From assembly GCA_902765005.1 (NCBI GenBank), contig CACWYB010000002.1:74553-138552 (forward strand): a DNA stretch of 64,000 nt, written 5' to 3'. The notes under the pieces were generated by a model. That model was not told where the DNA came from, ran no database searches, and saw only the letters and a program-made list of their open reading frames with translations. Source of the DNA: an uncultured Eubacteriales bacterium (lineage in GTDB: Bacteria; Bacillota; Clostridia; Christensenellales; CAG-138). Within the stretch, counting starts at the first letter, position 1. Every line of letters starts with the position of its first letter. This document shows positions 43,032-52,056 of the stretch, piece after piece. Both the position numbers and the translations under genes were made by a program.

Positions 43032-44730
43032 CGCGGTAAAGTGGCTGTATGCCGTGCCGGGCGGAAAGCGGCTGTATATCGTTTTGTTGGCGGCGGCCCA
43101 GGCGATCCACGGCGCCTCAGGGGTGCTGTATGCCCTGCTGCTGCGAAACATTGTGGATGCGGCTTCCGCAAAAAACGGCCCCGCATTCTGGCAGGGGATG
43201 GCGCTCATCGTCCTGCTGGTGGCCGGGCAGCTGGGGCTCCGGACACTGATTCGATTCTTGACGGAGCTTTCCAAAGCCACATTGGAGAACAGGTTTAAGG
43301 CGCGGTTGCTGGATGTACTGCTGAAGAAGGAGTACATGCGCATCAGCGCTCTGCATTCGGCGGAGTGGATGAATCGGCTGACCAACGACACGGTGGTGGT
43401 GGCCAACGGCTATGTGGACATACTGCCGGGGTTGGTGGGCATGGTCGTGAAGCTGATCAGCGCCCTGGTGATGATCGTGGTCATGGAGCCGCGCTTTGCC
43501 GCGGTCATGATCCCCTGCGGGCTGCTGCTGGTGTTCTTTACCTGGCTGTTTCGCAAGACGCTCAAGCGCCTGCATCGAAACATACAGGAAGCGGACGGTC
43601 GGGTGAGGATCTTTTTGCAGGAGCGGATCGGCAGTCTGCTGATGATCCATTCCTTTGGGGCGGAACAGCAAAGCATGGCAGAGGCAGAGGAGAAGCTGAA
43701 GGAGCATAAGGCGGCTCGCATGCGCCGAAACTGGTTTTCCAACCTGTGCAACGTTGGCTTTGGCGCCGCCATGAACGGCATGTATTTATTGGGTGTGGGC
43801 TGGTGCGGATATGGCATACTGACGGGAACCATCACCTTCGGCACCCTGACTGCCATCACGCAGCTCATTTCGCAGATTCAGGCGCCGTTTGCGAACATCT
43901 CCGGGTATTTGCCTCGCTATTACGCCATGCTTGCCAGCGCCGAGCGGCTGATGGAGGCGGAGCACTTCCCCGAGGGGCCGCAGGAGGCCCTGTGTCTGCC
44001 TGCGGTGGCTGAGTTTTATGAAAAGAAACTGGCCGCCTTTGGGCTGAAGGACGCAAGCTTCATCTACTATCCCGCTACAGAGCGCGTGGACGCCCTCATA
44101 AAGGAGAGCATGCCCGTTGTGCTTTCAAACCTTTCGCTGGAGATCCGCAAGGGAGAATATGTGGCGTTCACGGGCCAAAGCGGCTGCGGCAAGTCCACGG
44201 TACTGAAGCTGCTGATGTGCGTGTACGCCCCTGATACGGGGACGCGGTATTACAAGGATCAGGACGGCAGCCGGGGAGAGCTCTCCTCGGCCTATCGGTG
44301 TCTGTTTGCCTATGTACCCCAGGGAAATCAGCTGATGAGCGGTACCATCCGGCAGGTGGTAAGCTTTGCCGATCCGCAGGCCGCAGCGGATGAAGAAAAA
44401 CTATGGCTGGCGCTGAAGATTGCCTGCGCGGATGATTTTGTGCGGGAGCTGGAGCAGGGGCTGGACACCCTTCTGGGCGAGAGAGGGACGGGCTTATCCG
44501 AGGGCCAGATGCAGCGGCTGGCGATTGCCCGGGCCATTTTCTCCGAAAGCCCTATCCTGCTGCTGGATGAAGCCACCAGCGCCCTGGATGAGGAGACGGA
44601 GAAGCGGTTGCTGAGCCACCTGCGCCGGTTGACCGACCGGACGGTGATCACGGTGACCCATCGGCCGGCGGTGCTGTCGATCTGCGACAGGGTGCTGCAG
44701 TTTACGGAAAGCGGGGTGAAGGAAGCATGA
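43021..44730 (+). CDS. ABC exporter, fused transmembrane + ATP-binding domains (type I exporter half-transporter)
   Basis: 569 aa. Six-TM N-terminal domain, Walker A GQSGCGKST, signature LSEGQMQRLAIARA, Walker B ILLLDEATSALD. Overlaps the peptidase gene by 11 nt. Confidence 0.9.
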   Translation: MKDSAVKWLYAVPGGKRLYIVLLAAAQAIHGASGVLYALLLRNIVDAASAKNGPAFWQGMALIVLLVAGQLGLRTLIRFLTELSKATLENRFKARLLDVLLKKEYMRISALHSAEWMNRLTNDTVVVANGYVDILPGLVGMVVKLISALVMIVVMEPRFAAVMIPCGLLLVFFTWLFRKTLKRLHRNIQEADGRVRIFLQERIGSLLMIHSFGAEQQSMAEAEEKLKEHKAARMRRNWFSNLCNVGFGAAMNGMYLLGVGWCGYGILTGTITFGTLTAITQLISQIQAPFANISGYLPRYYAMLASAERLMEAEHFPEGPQEALCLPAVAEFYEKKLAAFGLKDASFIYYPATERVDALIKESMPVVLSNLSLEIRKGEYVAFTGQSGCGKSTVLKLLMCVYAPDTGTRYYKDQDGSRGELSSAYRCLFAYVPQGNQLMSGTIRQVVSFADPQAAADEEKLWLALKIACADDFVRELEQGLDTLLGERGTGLSEGQMQRLAIARAIFSESPILLLDEATSALDEETEKRLLSHLRRLTDRTVITVTHRPAVLSICDRVLQFTESGVKEA

Positions 44731-45833
44731 CACAGGAGGAAAGCTGGAAAGCCATTCAGGACGTGGCCTACCTTGCCGCCTGCGTGGTGAATGGGACAGC
44801 GCCGGATACGCAGCGGGTCAAAGATATGGATCTAAAGCAGCTCTATCCGGTGGCGAAGAGGCATCTGCTCTCTTCCATCACTGCCTTTGGGCTGGAAGCA
44901 GCAGGCAAACAGGACGCCAGATTTTCCCAAGCGAAGGCTAAGGCAATCCGCAAGGTGGCACTGCTGGATGCGGAGATGGCCAATCTTTTTGAAAAGCTGG
45001 ACGAGGCTGGCATCTGGCATATGCCTCTGAAGGGGACCGTGCTGCAGCAATACTATCCCAAATACGGCATGCGGGAGATGTCGGACCACGATATTCTGTT
45101 CGACGCGACCCGGGCGGCGGACGTGAAAGCCATTATGGAAGACCTGGGGTTTTCCACGGAGAGCTATAACAAAGGGAACCACGACATCTACCACAAGGAA
45201 CCGGTGGTGAACTTTGAAATGCACAGGGAGCTGTTTGGCGCCGGCTCGAAAAAGCAGCTGCGCGACTATTATCACAACGTGGAGGAGCGTTTGGTCAAAG
45301 GAGCGGACTTTGCGCGAAGGTTCACCCCGGAGGACTTTTATATCTACATGATTGCCCACGAGTACAAGCACTTTGCCGGCGGCGGCACAGGGCTCCGCTC
45401 CCTTCTGGACACCTATGTGCTTGAGAGGAAGCTGGGCAGCTCGCTGAACAGAGACTACATCCGCCGGGAGCTGGACAAGCTGGGGCTCACAGAGTTTGAG
45501 GCGAAAAACCGTGCCCTTTCCCTGCATCTGTTTGGCGGGGTTCCTCTTACGGAGGAGGAACAGGGCATGCTGTCATATGTTCTTTCCTCCGGGGCCTACG
45601 GGACCATGCATAACCATGTGGAAAACGAGATCACGGAAAAAGGGCGCTTCGGATACTTTCTCTCCCGCCTGACCCTCCCCAAGGAGATGATGGAGCAGCA
45701 GTTTCCCGTGCTGAAAAAGGCGCCCGCGCTGTATCCTTTCTTTTGGGTGTTCCGTTTGCTGCGGGGCTTTTTCGCCAATCACAAGGTGTTCATGTATCAG
45801 CTGAAAGCTGTGATCAGGCGAAAGAAACAATAA
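44727..45833 (+). CDS. Uncharacterised nucleotidyltransferase-family protein (NTP_transf_5-like)
   Basis: 368 aa, with an ATGA overlap onto the ABC gene. WHMPLKGTVLQQYYPKYGMREMSDHDILFD matches the (KG....YP....R...D.D.L) core I associate with this family. Confidence 0.65.
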   Translation: MTQEESWKAIQDVAYLAACVVNGTAPDTQRVKDMDLKQLYPVAKRHLLSSITAFGLEAAGKQDARFSQAKAKAIRKVALLDAEMANLFEKLDEAGIWHMPLKGTVLQQYYPKYGMREMSDHDILFDATRAADVKAIMEDLGFSTESYNKGNHDIYHKEPVVNFEMHRELFGAGSKKQLRDYYHNVEERLVKGADFARRFTPEDFYIYMIAHEYKHFAGGGTGLRSLLDTYVLERKLGSSLNRDYIRRELDKLGLTEFEAKNRALSLHLFGGVPLTEEEQGMLSYVLSSGAYGTMHNHVENEITEKGRFGYFLSRLTLPKEMMEQQFPVLKKAPALYPFFWVFRLLRGFFANHKVFMYQLKAVIRRKKQ

Positions 45834-45834
45834 A

Positions 45835-45860
45835 AGGCATTCCCTCGAAGGAGAATGCCT
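45835..45860 (-). terminator. Hairpin terminator between convergent genes (U-tract on the minus strand)
   Basis: aggcattccc-tcgaa-ggagaatgcct. On the minus strand it is followed by TTTTA. Confidence 0.5.
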
Positions 45861-45878
45861 GAATAGAATGATGAGGGG

Positions 45879-46919
45879 TCACACGCCCAGATAGCCCTTG
45901 AGGACCAGGAGGGTGTTTTTGACGCCCTCTTTGTGGCTGCGTTCGTAGCCGTGGGAGGCGTAGACGCCGGCGCCGATGAGACCGTGGCGGATGTCGTAGC
46001 CGGCCCGGAGGGTGGCCTCCACGTCGGACCCGTAGTGGGGGTACACGTCCACGGCGTAGTCCGCGCCCTCGGCCTTGGCTGCGGCGATGAGCTTCTTCAC
46101 CACGTCGTAGGAGTAGGGGCCGCCGCTGTCCTTGGCGCAGATGGACACCTGCTTCTCCGTGCAGGTGAGGCCCGTGCCCACGCAGCCCATGTCCACGGAG
46201 ATAGCTTCCGTAACGCCGGCGGGCACGGAGGCGGCGCCGCCATGACCCACCTCCTCATAGACGGTGATGTGGGCGTACACCCGGCGCTTGGGGGTGATGC
46301 CCTCGTCGTGAAGGTATTTGGCCAGGCCCAGCAGGATGCCCACGCTGAGCTTGTCGTCCAGGAAGCGGCTCTTGATGTAGCCCTTCTCCGTGACGCGGGA
46401 GCGGGGGTCGAAGCAGACCACGTCCCCGGCGGAAATGCCCAGCTTCTGGGTGTCCTCGACGGTCTTCACATCCTCATCCAGGACCACCTCCATGCAGGAG
46501 AACTTGCGCAGGGTGTCGGAATAGTCCCCGTTCACGTGGATGGAGGCGTTGTCCAGCTGGAGGGTGCCCTCGTAGATGCCGTCGAACTTGGTGACCACCC
46601 GGCAGTTCTCCGCCTCCGCGTTGTTGGCGTTCAGGCCCCCCAGGGGGGAGATGCGCAGCCGCCCGTTGCTCTTGATTTCAGAGACCATGCCGCCCAGGGT
46701 GTCCAGGTGTGCTTCCAGCCAGAGGGCGTCGCTTTCGTCCGCACCGCCCAGGTCCGCGATGACGCCGCCCTTGCCCGTGAGCCGGGCTTCAAAGCCCAGG
46801 GCCCTGAACTCCTTCAAACAGGCTTCCGCCGCCTGCTGGGTATAGCCGGATGGGCTGTCGATGCTGAGGAGCGAAAGGGTCTTTTCCACCGCAAAATCCA
46901 CATATTTCTGATCGATCAT
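45879..46919 (-). CDS. M42-family metallopeptidase (glutamyl aminopeptidase/FrvX-like)
   Basis: 346 aa. SIDSPSGYT, AHLDTLG, YEEVGHGGA. Confidence 0.85.
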   Translation of the reverse strand: MIDQKYVDFAVEKTLSLLSIDSPSGYTQQAAEACLKEFRALGFEARLTGKGGVIADLGGADESDALWLEAHLDTLGGMVSEIKSNGRLRISPLGGLNANNAEAENCRVVTKFDGIYEGTLQLDNASIHVNGDYSDTLRKFSCMEVVLDEDVKTVEDTQKLGISAGDVVCFDPRSRVTEKGYIKSRFLDDKLSVGILLGLAKYLHDEGITPKRRVYAHITVYEEVGHGGAASVPAGVTEAISVDMGCVGTGLTCTEKQVSICAKDSGGPYSYDVVKKLIAAAKAEGADYAVDVYPHYGSDVEATLRAGYDIRHGLIGAGVYASHGYERSHKEGVKNTLLVLKGYLGV

Positions 46920-46937
46920 ATCTTATCCTTTCCGCCC

Positions 46938-47783
46938 TCAGCTCCGGAGGATCACTTCGCCGGTGCAGGGCATGACGGGGGCCTCCCGGATGATTTCGCC
47001 CACGCTGTCCGCCACGATCCGGCCGGACCGGGGGTTCTTCACGGAATCGATGTGGCCGTTCACCGTGGCATCCACGTCGGAATATTCGAAGGACAGGTCT
47101 GTGCCCTCCATGGTGCAGTCGATGAGCTTCAGGTTCCTGCAGTAGCACAGGGGCTGGGTGCCGATGATCTTGCAATTGATCAGGGTGAGCCCGTCGGAGA
47201 ACCAGGCCAGGTATTCCCCCTTCACGGTGCTGTTCTTCACGGTCACGTTCTTGCTGTGCCAGAAGGCGTCCTTGGTGTCCAGATCGCAGTCCTCAATGGT
47301 CAGGTTTTCCACGTACTGGAAGGAATATTTGCCCTTCATGCGCACGTTTTTCAGGGCAATGTCCCGGCTGTCCAGAAAGATGTATTCGGCGGTGATGTCC
47401 GTGTCGGTCAGGGAGACGCCCCGGCTCTTCCAGCCGAACTCGGCGGAAACCACATGGCACCGCTCCAGGGCGATGTCCCGGCACTCCCGCACGGCCTTGA
47501 CGCCGTTTAGGGTAGAGTCGGTGATCCGGCCCTCCTCGGCGTACCAGATGGCGGCCCGGGTGAGCTCGTCCATGGTGCTGTTGGCCATGGTGAACTTCTT
47601 CACGTGCCACAGGGGGTATCGGAGGGAGAAGGCGCAGTCCTCCACCCGGATGTCCCGAGCCTCCTTCAGCACGGATTCCCCGTCTGCGGGGCCGGCAAAC
47701 ACGCAGTTTACCACGTCCGTATGCTGGGCGTTGTACAGCGCCCGCTCCTGGTCAAACTGCTGATCTCTGATTTCGTTTCGCAT
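46938..47783 (-). CDS. DUF3737-family beta-helix protein
   Basis: I take the start as the ATG at 47783 (RBS GGAGGGAGG). QFDQERALYNAQHTDVVNCVF...DGESVLKEARDIRVEDCAFSLRYPLWH. Confidence 0.7.
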   Translation of the reverse strand: MRNEIRDQQFDQERALYNAQHTDVVNCVFAGPADGESVLKEARDIRVEDCAFSLRYPLWHVKKFTMANSTMDELTRAAIWYAEEGRITDSTLNGVKAVRECRDIALERCHVVSAEFGWKSRGVSLTDTDITAEYIFLDSRDIALKNVRMKGKYSFQYVENLTIEDCDLDTKDAFWHSKNVTVKNSTVKGEYLAWFSDGLTLINCKIIGTQPLCYCRNLKLIDCTMEGTDLSFEYSDVDATVNGHIDSVKNPRSGRIVADSVGEIIREAPVMPCTGEVILRS

Positions 47784-47888
47784 GATTTCCCTCCCTCCGC
47801 CGCCCGAATGAGACGGACAAACGTTTATGTATAATAGTATACCCGGTCCGTGCCGGGTACGCAAATAGGAAAATAAATATATTGGGGC

Positions 47889-48995
47889 TCAGCGGAGCAG
47901 GAGAAGCTTGGCGTCCGTGGTCAGGGTTTTGAGGGAGCAGACGCAGGCCATCTCCTCAATGCTTTCCTGTTCGATGAGTTCATGGACGTCCCCCCGGAAA
48001 AAGCGGGGATCGATCATGAGGATGGTCCTGTAGTGGGGCAGCAGCAGGGGGACGAGGGCATTGGCGAAGGAGTCCTTGATGAGCAGGAGGGAGCCCTCCC
48101 CTCCGGAATGGTTGGTCAGCTTCACCCGGCCGAAGTTGCCGCCGAAGAACAGGTCGTAGGGGTCGTAGGAGGTCAGGGCCTCCCTGTGGTATAGATCCTG
48201 CGCGGGGGCTCCCCCGTCGATCTCCACCTCGTAATCGCAAGGGGGGAGGGGGTAGAGGATGGGCTCATGGGGGGTGAGCCACAGGGCGCTGCGGGAGAGG
48301 GTGGAGCCGTGGAAATCATCGTAGGTCTCGTAGCGGATCTCTTCCGGCGCCGCGGGGGCAAGGCCCTTTGCCTGCAGGAAGGCGGCGTAGGCGGCGTAGG
48401 CCCCGTCGGCGTTCCAGTGGTTGTCCGTGCGGTAGAACCGGGCCCCCTGGCCCTCCGTGAGCGCAGGGATCAGGTCCACGGGCCGCAGATGGGCGCAGGC
48501 GTCCGCCTGCCGGAGCAGTTCGTCGTCCGCATACAGGGGGGCGAGGTATCCGGGCAGATTCTCCCGGGCGGCGTAGCCGGCGCTGGGGGGCACCAGCAGG
48601 AACAGGCCCTTCCCCTCCCGGGCGGCCAGCTCATCCAGGTGGCGCAGGTTTTTCGCTAGGGAGGCCAGATTTTCCTGCGTAGCCGGCACGGGGCTTTCCA
48701 CCAGCTGGCCGGCGCGGGTCACATAGATGTCGCTGAACCGCTCCGTGCCCGCCAAGAGACGCATATAGGCGCTGATCCCCGTGAGGGCGTCCCGAAGGAC
48801 CAGGTGGTCGGACAGATATTCCTCCATGTCGTCGTCCCAGGTCCAGTGCGCCAGGGACAGGCTCTGGGCCTTGGGGAAGGCGCGCAGCACCCGCCGCTCC
48901 GCAGGGGAGAAGGTAGCCCCCAGGTTCAGGCACGTGCCCAGGAACCCGGCGGCCAGGAGGAAGAAGAATGCTATTGTCAGCAGGTGTTTTCGCAT
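47889..48995 (-). CDS. DHHW-family protein (AlgJ/AlgX-like partner of MBOAT acyltransferases)
   Basis: I take the start as the ATG at 48995, 4 nt after the MBOAT stop; the track ORF is over-extended to 49286. N-terminal TM helix. Motif FYRTDNHWNADGAY (DNHW variant of DHHW). Confidence 0.75.
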   Translation of the reverse strand: MRKHLLTIAFFFLLAAGFLGTCLNLGATFSPAERRVLRAFPKAQSLSLAHWTWDDDMEEYLSDHLVLRDALTGISAYMRLLAGTERFSDIYVTRAGQLVESPVPATQENLASLAKNLRHLDELAAREGKGLFLLVPPSAGYAARENLPGYLAPLYADDELLRQADACAHLRPVDLIPALTEGQGARFYRTDNHWNADGAYAAYAAFLQAKGLAPAAPEEIRYETYDDFHGSTLSRSALWLTPHEPILYPLPPCDYEVEIDGGAPAQDLYHREALTSYDPYDLFFGGNFGRVKLTNHSGGEGSLLLIKDSFANALVPLLLPHYRTILMIDPRFFRGDVHELIEQESIEEMACVCSLKTLTTDAKLLLLR

Positions 48996-48999
48996 GGCT

Positions 49000-50400
49000 T
49001 CAGAAGCGGAAGTAGATGAAGGGGTTGTAGCTCTGCCCCGCCAGGGAGGCGACGCAGAGGAGGAACAGCACCAGCAGCAGGGCGATCTTGCCGCCCTCCG
49101 CCAGGCGGGGGCGCTTTTTTGCGACGCGGGCCCAGGCCTTTCGGGGCAGATACCCCATACATAAGAGGCCCAGCAGCACCCACGCCCAGTAGCTGCCCAG
49201 AACGGAGCGGGCATCGGCGCTGAGAAGAGGGCCGCCGAAGCGGAAGAGACCGGCGAAGTAGGCGCACATCTGCCCCAGATCCTCAAAGTAGAAGACCATG
49301 AAGGACAGGGTCACCAGGAGAAACATATACCCATGGCGCAAAAAGCCGGGCAGCCGTTTCAACAGATCCCCCAGCACATACCGCTCCAGCACCAGCAGCA
49401 CCCAAAAATACAGGCCCCACAGCAGGTAGTTGAAGCTGGCCCCATGCCACAGGCCCGTGAGGGACCAGACGATGAGCATGTTGAGGATGGTCCGCCAGGT
49501 GCCCTTCCGGTTGCCCCCCAGTGGGATGTACACGTACTCCCTGAAGAAGCGGGAGAGGGTCATGTGCCAGCGGCGCCAGAACTCCGTGACGGAGGCGGCG
49601 GTGTAGGGATGGTCGAAATTCAGGGGGAAGGAGAAGCCCATCATCCGGCCCAGGCCGATGGCCATGTCGGAGTAGCCGGAGAAGTCGAAATAGATCTGCA
49701 AACAGTAGCAAAGGGCCCCGAACCAGCAGCCCAAAAGGCCGTTTTCCCCGGGGCGGAGGGAAAGATACCGCCAGGCCTCCCCCAGCACGTTGGCCAGCAG
49801 CACCTTCTTGGACAGGCCCAGGATGAACCGCTGGATGCCCCGGGAGACCTCCCCCTGATCGATGGTCATGGTCCGGTGAGCAAGGCCGTCGATCTGGGTT
49901 TCTATATCGGCGTAGCGCACGATGGGCCCGGCGATGAGCTGCGGAAACATGGTGATGTAGGTGCCGAAGATCACCGGGTCCCGCTGCACCTTGGTGTCCC
50001 CCCGGTAGGCGTCGATCACATAGGACATGGCCTGGAAGGTGAAGAAGGAGATGCCCAGGGGCAGGGAGCCGGGGTAGAAGCTGAGCTTGGGCAGGCGGAG
50101 AAAATCCACCATGAAGGGGGTGAAATACTTATAGAAGAACAGGGAGAGCACGTCAAAGGCCACCGCCAAGGTGAGGAGCGTGGACCGATGGCGGGGGGAT
50201 TTGTCCATGAGCAGGGCCATGGCGTAGTTCACCAGGATCACCGCCAACATGAGGGGCAGATACTTCACCTCGCCCCAGCTGTAGAACAGGAGGCTGAACA
50301 GAAACAACAGCCAGACCCGTCCCTTTCCCCGCAGCAGATAGTACAGCAGAAAGAAGACGGGCAGAAAAAAGAAGATGAAGCTGATGGAAGAGAACGCCAT
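49000..50400 (-). CDS. MBOAT-family O-acyltransferase (AlgI/DltB-like)
   Basis: 466 aa, polytopic. FWRRWHMTLSRFFREYVYIPLGGNRKG with the conserved His. Confidence 0.9.
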   Translation of the reverse strand: MAFSSISFIFFFLPVFFLLYYLLRGKGRVWLLFLFSLLFYSWGEVKYLPLMLAVILVNYAMALLMDKSPRHRSTLLTLAVAFDVLSLFFYKYFTPFMVDFLRLPKLSFYPGSLPLGISFFTFQAMSYVIDAYRGDTKVQRDPVIFGTYITMFPQLIAGPIVRYADIETQIDGLAHRTMTIDQGEVSRGIQRFILGLSKKVLLANVLGEAWRYLSLRPGENGLLGCWFGALCYCLQIYFDFSGYSDMAIGLGRMMGFSFPLNFDHPYTAASVTEFWRRWHMTLSRFFREYVYIPLGGNRKGTWRTILNMLIVWSLTGLWHGASFNYLLWGLYFWVLLVLERYVLGDLLKRLPGFLRHGYMFLLVTLSFMVFYFEDLGQMCAYFAGLFRFGGPLLSADARSVLGSYWAWVLLGLLCMGYLPRKAWARVAKKRPRLAEGGKIALLLVLFLLCVASLAGQSYNPFIYFRF

Positions 50401-50418
50401 GCCGCCGGGAAAGGGGCC

Positions 50419-50892
50419 TTATTTTGCCCCGTCCGAAAAGACGGCGTAGAGGGCGTCGGCGTCGTTGGAGACGATCAACAGAACGTATGCGCCCCGGCGC
50501 TCCAGGCGGGCGGCGGCGATCTTCTCATACTCCTCGGGCATGTAGTCCCGGTAGGTCTCCCCCTGGCGGGCGAGCTCCTCGGACAAAAGCTGCTCCACCG
50601 TGGCGGCGTAGGCCTCCTCCTTGGTTTCCACCAGCAGGAATTCCTCCGCCAGCAGGCCGTCCGCCGTTACGTAGTTCACCAGCTGGACGCATTTATCGGG
50701 CTCGATGCCGTAGTAGTCGGAAACCATCTGCTCGTCCCGGCGGATCATCTCCGGAAACAGGTTCAAGGCGGCCATCTTTTCATAGAGCTCCTCGCCGTTC
50801 ACCGGCGCGGCCGCCTCCTTCTTCCCGCACCCCGTAAGGGCGCTCACCAAAAGGACCACCGCCAGGGCGATCGCCATCATCCTTTTGCTCAT
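50419..50892 (-). CDS. DUF4358-like lipoprotein
   Basis: I take the start as the ATG at 50892 (RBS GGAGGA). Lipobox LTGCG. The family call is from memory of the YYGI...LLVE...A pattern. Confidence 0.6.
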   Translation of the reverse strand: MSKRMMAIALAVVLLVSALTGCGKKEAAAPVNGEELYEKMAALNLFPEMIRRDEQMVSDYYGIEPDKCVQLVNYVTADGLLAEEFLLVETKEEAYAATVEQLLSEELARQGETYRDYMPEEYEKIAAARLERRGAYVLLIVSNDADALYAVFSDGAK

Positions 50893-50893
50893 T

Positions 50894-51880
50894 TCAGTTT
50901 TCCTCCAAGCTCCATTTGCCGGCATAATAGGCGTCCCGCGCGTATTCCCGCAGGCAGCGGACCCAGATGCGCTTGCCCTCCTTGCCCAGGTGGAAGCGGT
51001 AGTCCGAGGCGCTGTACTCATACTTCAAAAAACCGTCCTCATCCCGCACCAGGTCCGCCAGCTCGATGTAGGTGATGCCCTTTTCGGCGCAATAGGCCCG
51101 CATGTGCTCGTTGACGGTCTTGTTGATCTCGTAGGTCATGTTCACCTGACCGGCGTAGTCCTTCACCATGGGCATGATGGAATGGATGATGATCTCCAGA
51201 TCCGGGTGCTGGGCCTTGATGAGGGTGATGAGCTGATCGTAGGTGTCCACCATCTCCTCCGGGGTGAACCAGCGGGGGTCGCTGACGCCCAGCATGATGA
51301 AGAGGCGCTTGGCCTCCAGGGTGGTCACCACCTCGGAGATGGTCATATAGCGGCCCTTGCACTTGAGCTCGGAGCCGCGGGCCTTCTGCTCGCATTCCAG
51401 AGCCTTTTTGAGGGTCAGGGCGCTGGCGGGCACCAGCTGCAGATCCCCCAGGCAGGTCCGGCCCTCGTTCCGCTCCTGGAGCACGTAGCCGGACAGGCCC
51501 CCCACCAGGGAGTCGCCCACCAGCACGGCGTCGTCAAACCAGCCGTCCAGATACCCGGCATCCAGCATCTCGTCGGTGACGGGCGCTTCGGTGGGCTGGG
51601 GGACGGCGGCTTCGGTAGGCTCGGCTTCGGCGGCTTCAGCGGGTTCGGGGGTGGGCGCCGGGACAGGCTCCTCCGTGGGGTCGGCCTCGGGAGTATGCTC
51701 AGCCTCCACCTCCACGGAGATGGGTTCCCGGGTGGCGGGCACCTGGGTGGGCGTCGGGGTGGGGGTCGCTTCGGCTTGGGCTTCCGCGGCGGCGGGCCGG
51801 TCAGGTTCGTTCGTGTTCCGGCTGCAGGCTACGCACAGCAGCGCACATAGGATCAATAACGCACAGTATATCTTTTTCAT
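50894..51880 (-). CDS. SGNH/GDSL-like hydrolase lipoprotein
   Basis: 328 aa. Lipobox LLCVACS, a Pro/Glu/Ala/Thr linker, block I VLVGDSLVGG, and a C-terminal D..H-like region (DGFLKYEYSASDYRFH). Confidence 0.7.
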   Translation of the reverse strand: MKKIYCALLILCALLCVACSRNTNEPDRPAAAEAQAEATPTPTPTQVPATREPISVEVEAEHTPEADPTEEPVPAPTPEPAEAAEAEPTEAAVPQPTEAPVTDEMLDAGYLDGWFDDAVLVGDSLVGGLSGYVLQERNEGRTCLGDLQLVPASALTLKKALECEQKARGSELKCKGRYMTISEVVTTLEAKRLFIMLGVSDPRWFTPEEMVDTYDQLITLIKAQHPDLEIIIHSIMPMVKDYAGQVNMTYEINKTVNEHMRAYCAEKGITYIELADLVRDEDGFLKYEYSASDYRFHLGKEGKRIWVRCLREYARDAYYAGKWSLEEN

Positions 51881-52056
51881 TTGTACCTCGTGTGTTTTAT
51901 CATATCATGAATACCGGAAAAAGCAACAGTTTTTCCGGGAGCGGGTCCCGAAACGGAGGGGCCTTCCAAGGGGGAAACAGAGGGCAGGTCACTTTTTTAT
52001 TCGTATTTACAATCGGGGCCGACCCTGATACACTACCAACAAAAGGAGGCGGGACC

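Noticed and set aside
41390-45833. Interpretation as a canonical lasso-peptide gene cluster
   Set aside because: No Asn-synthetase-like lasso cyclase and no transglutaminase-like B2 protease is encoded in this operon or anywhere else in the window. The putative core (10 residues or fewer after the Thr-Ala site) is too short for a threaded lasso.
45933-47510. 525-aa ORF on the plus strand
   Set aside because: It is antisense to the M42 peptidase and DUF3737 genes. It is a high-GC shadow frame with no RBS.
49333-51075. 580-aa ORF on the plus strand
   Set aside because: It is antisense to the MBOAT and DUF4358 genes and is low complexity (Gly/Pro/His/Gln).
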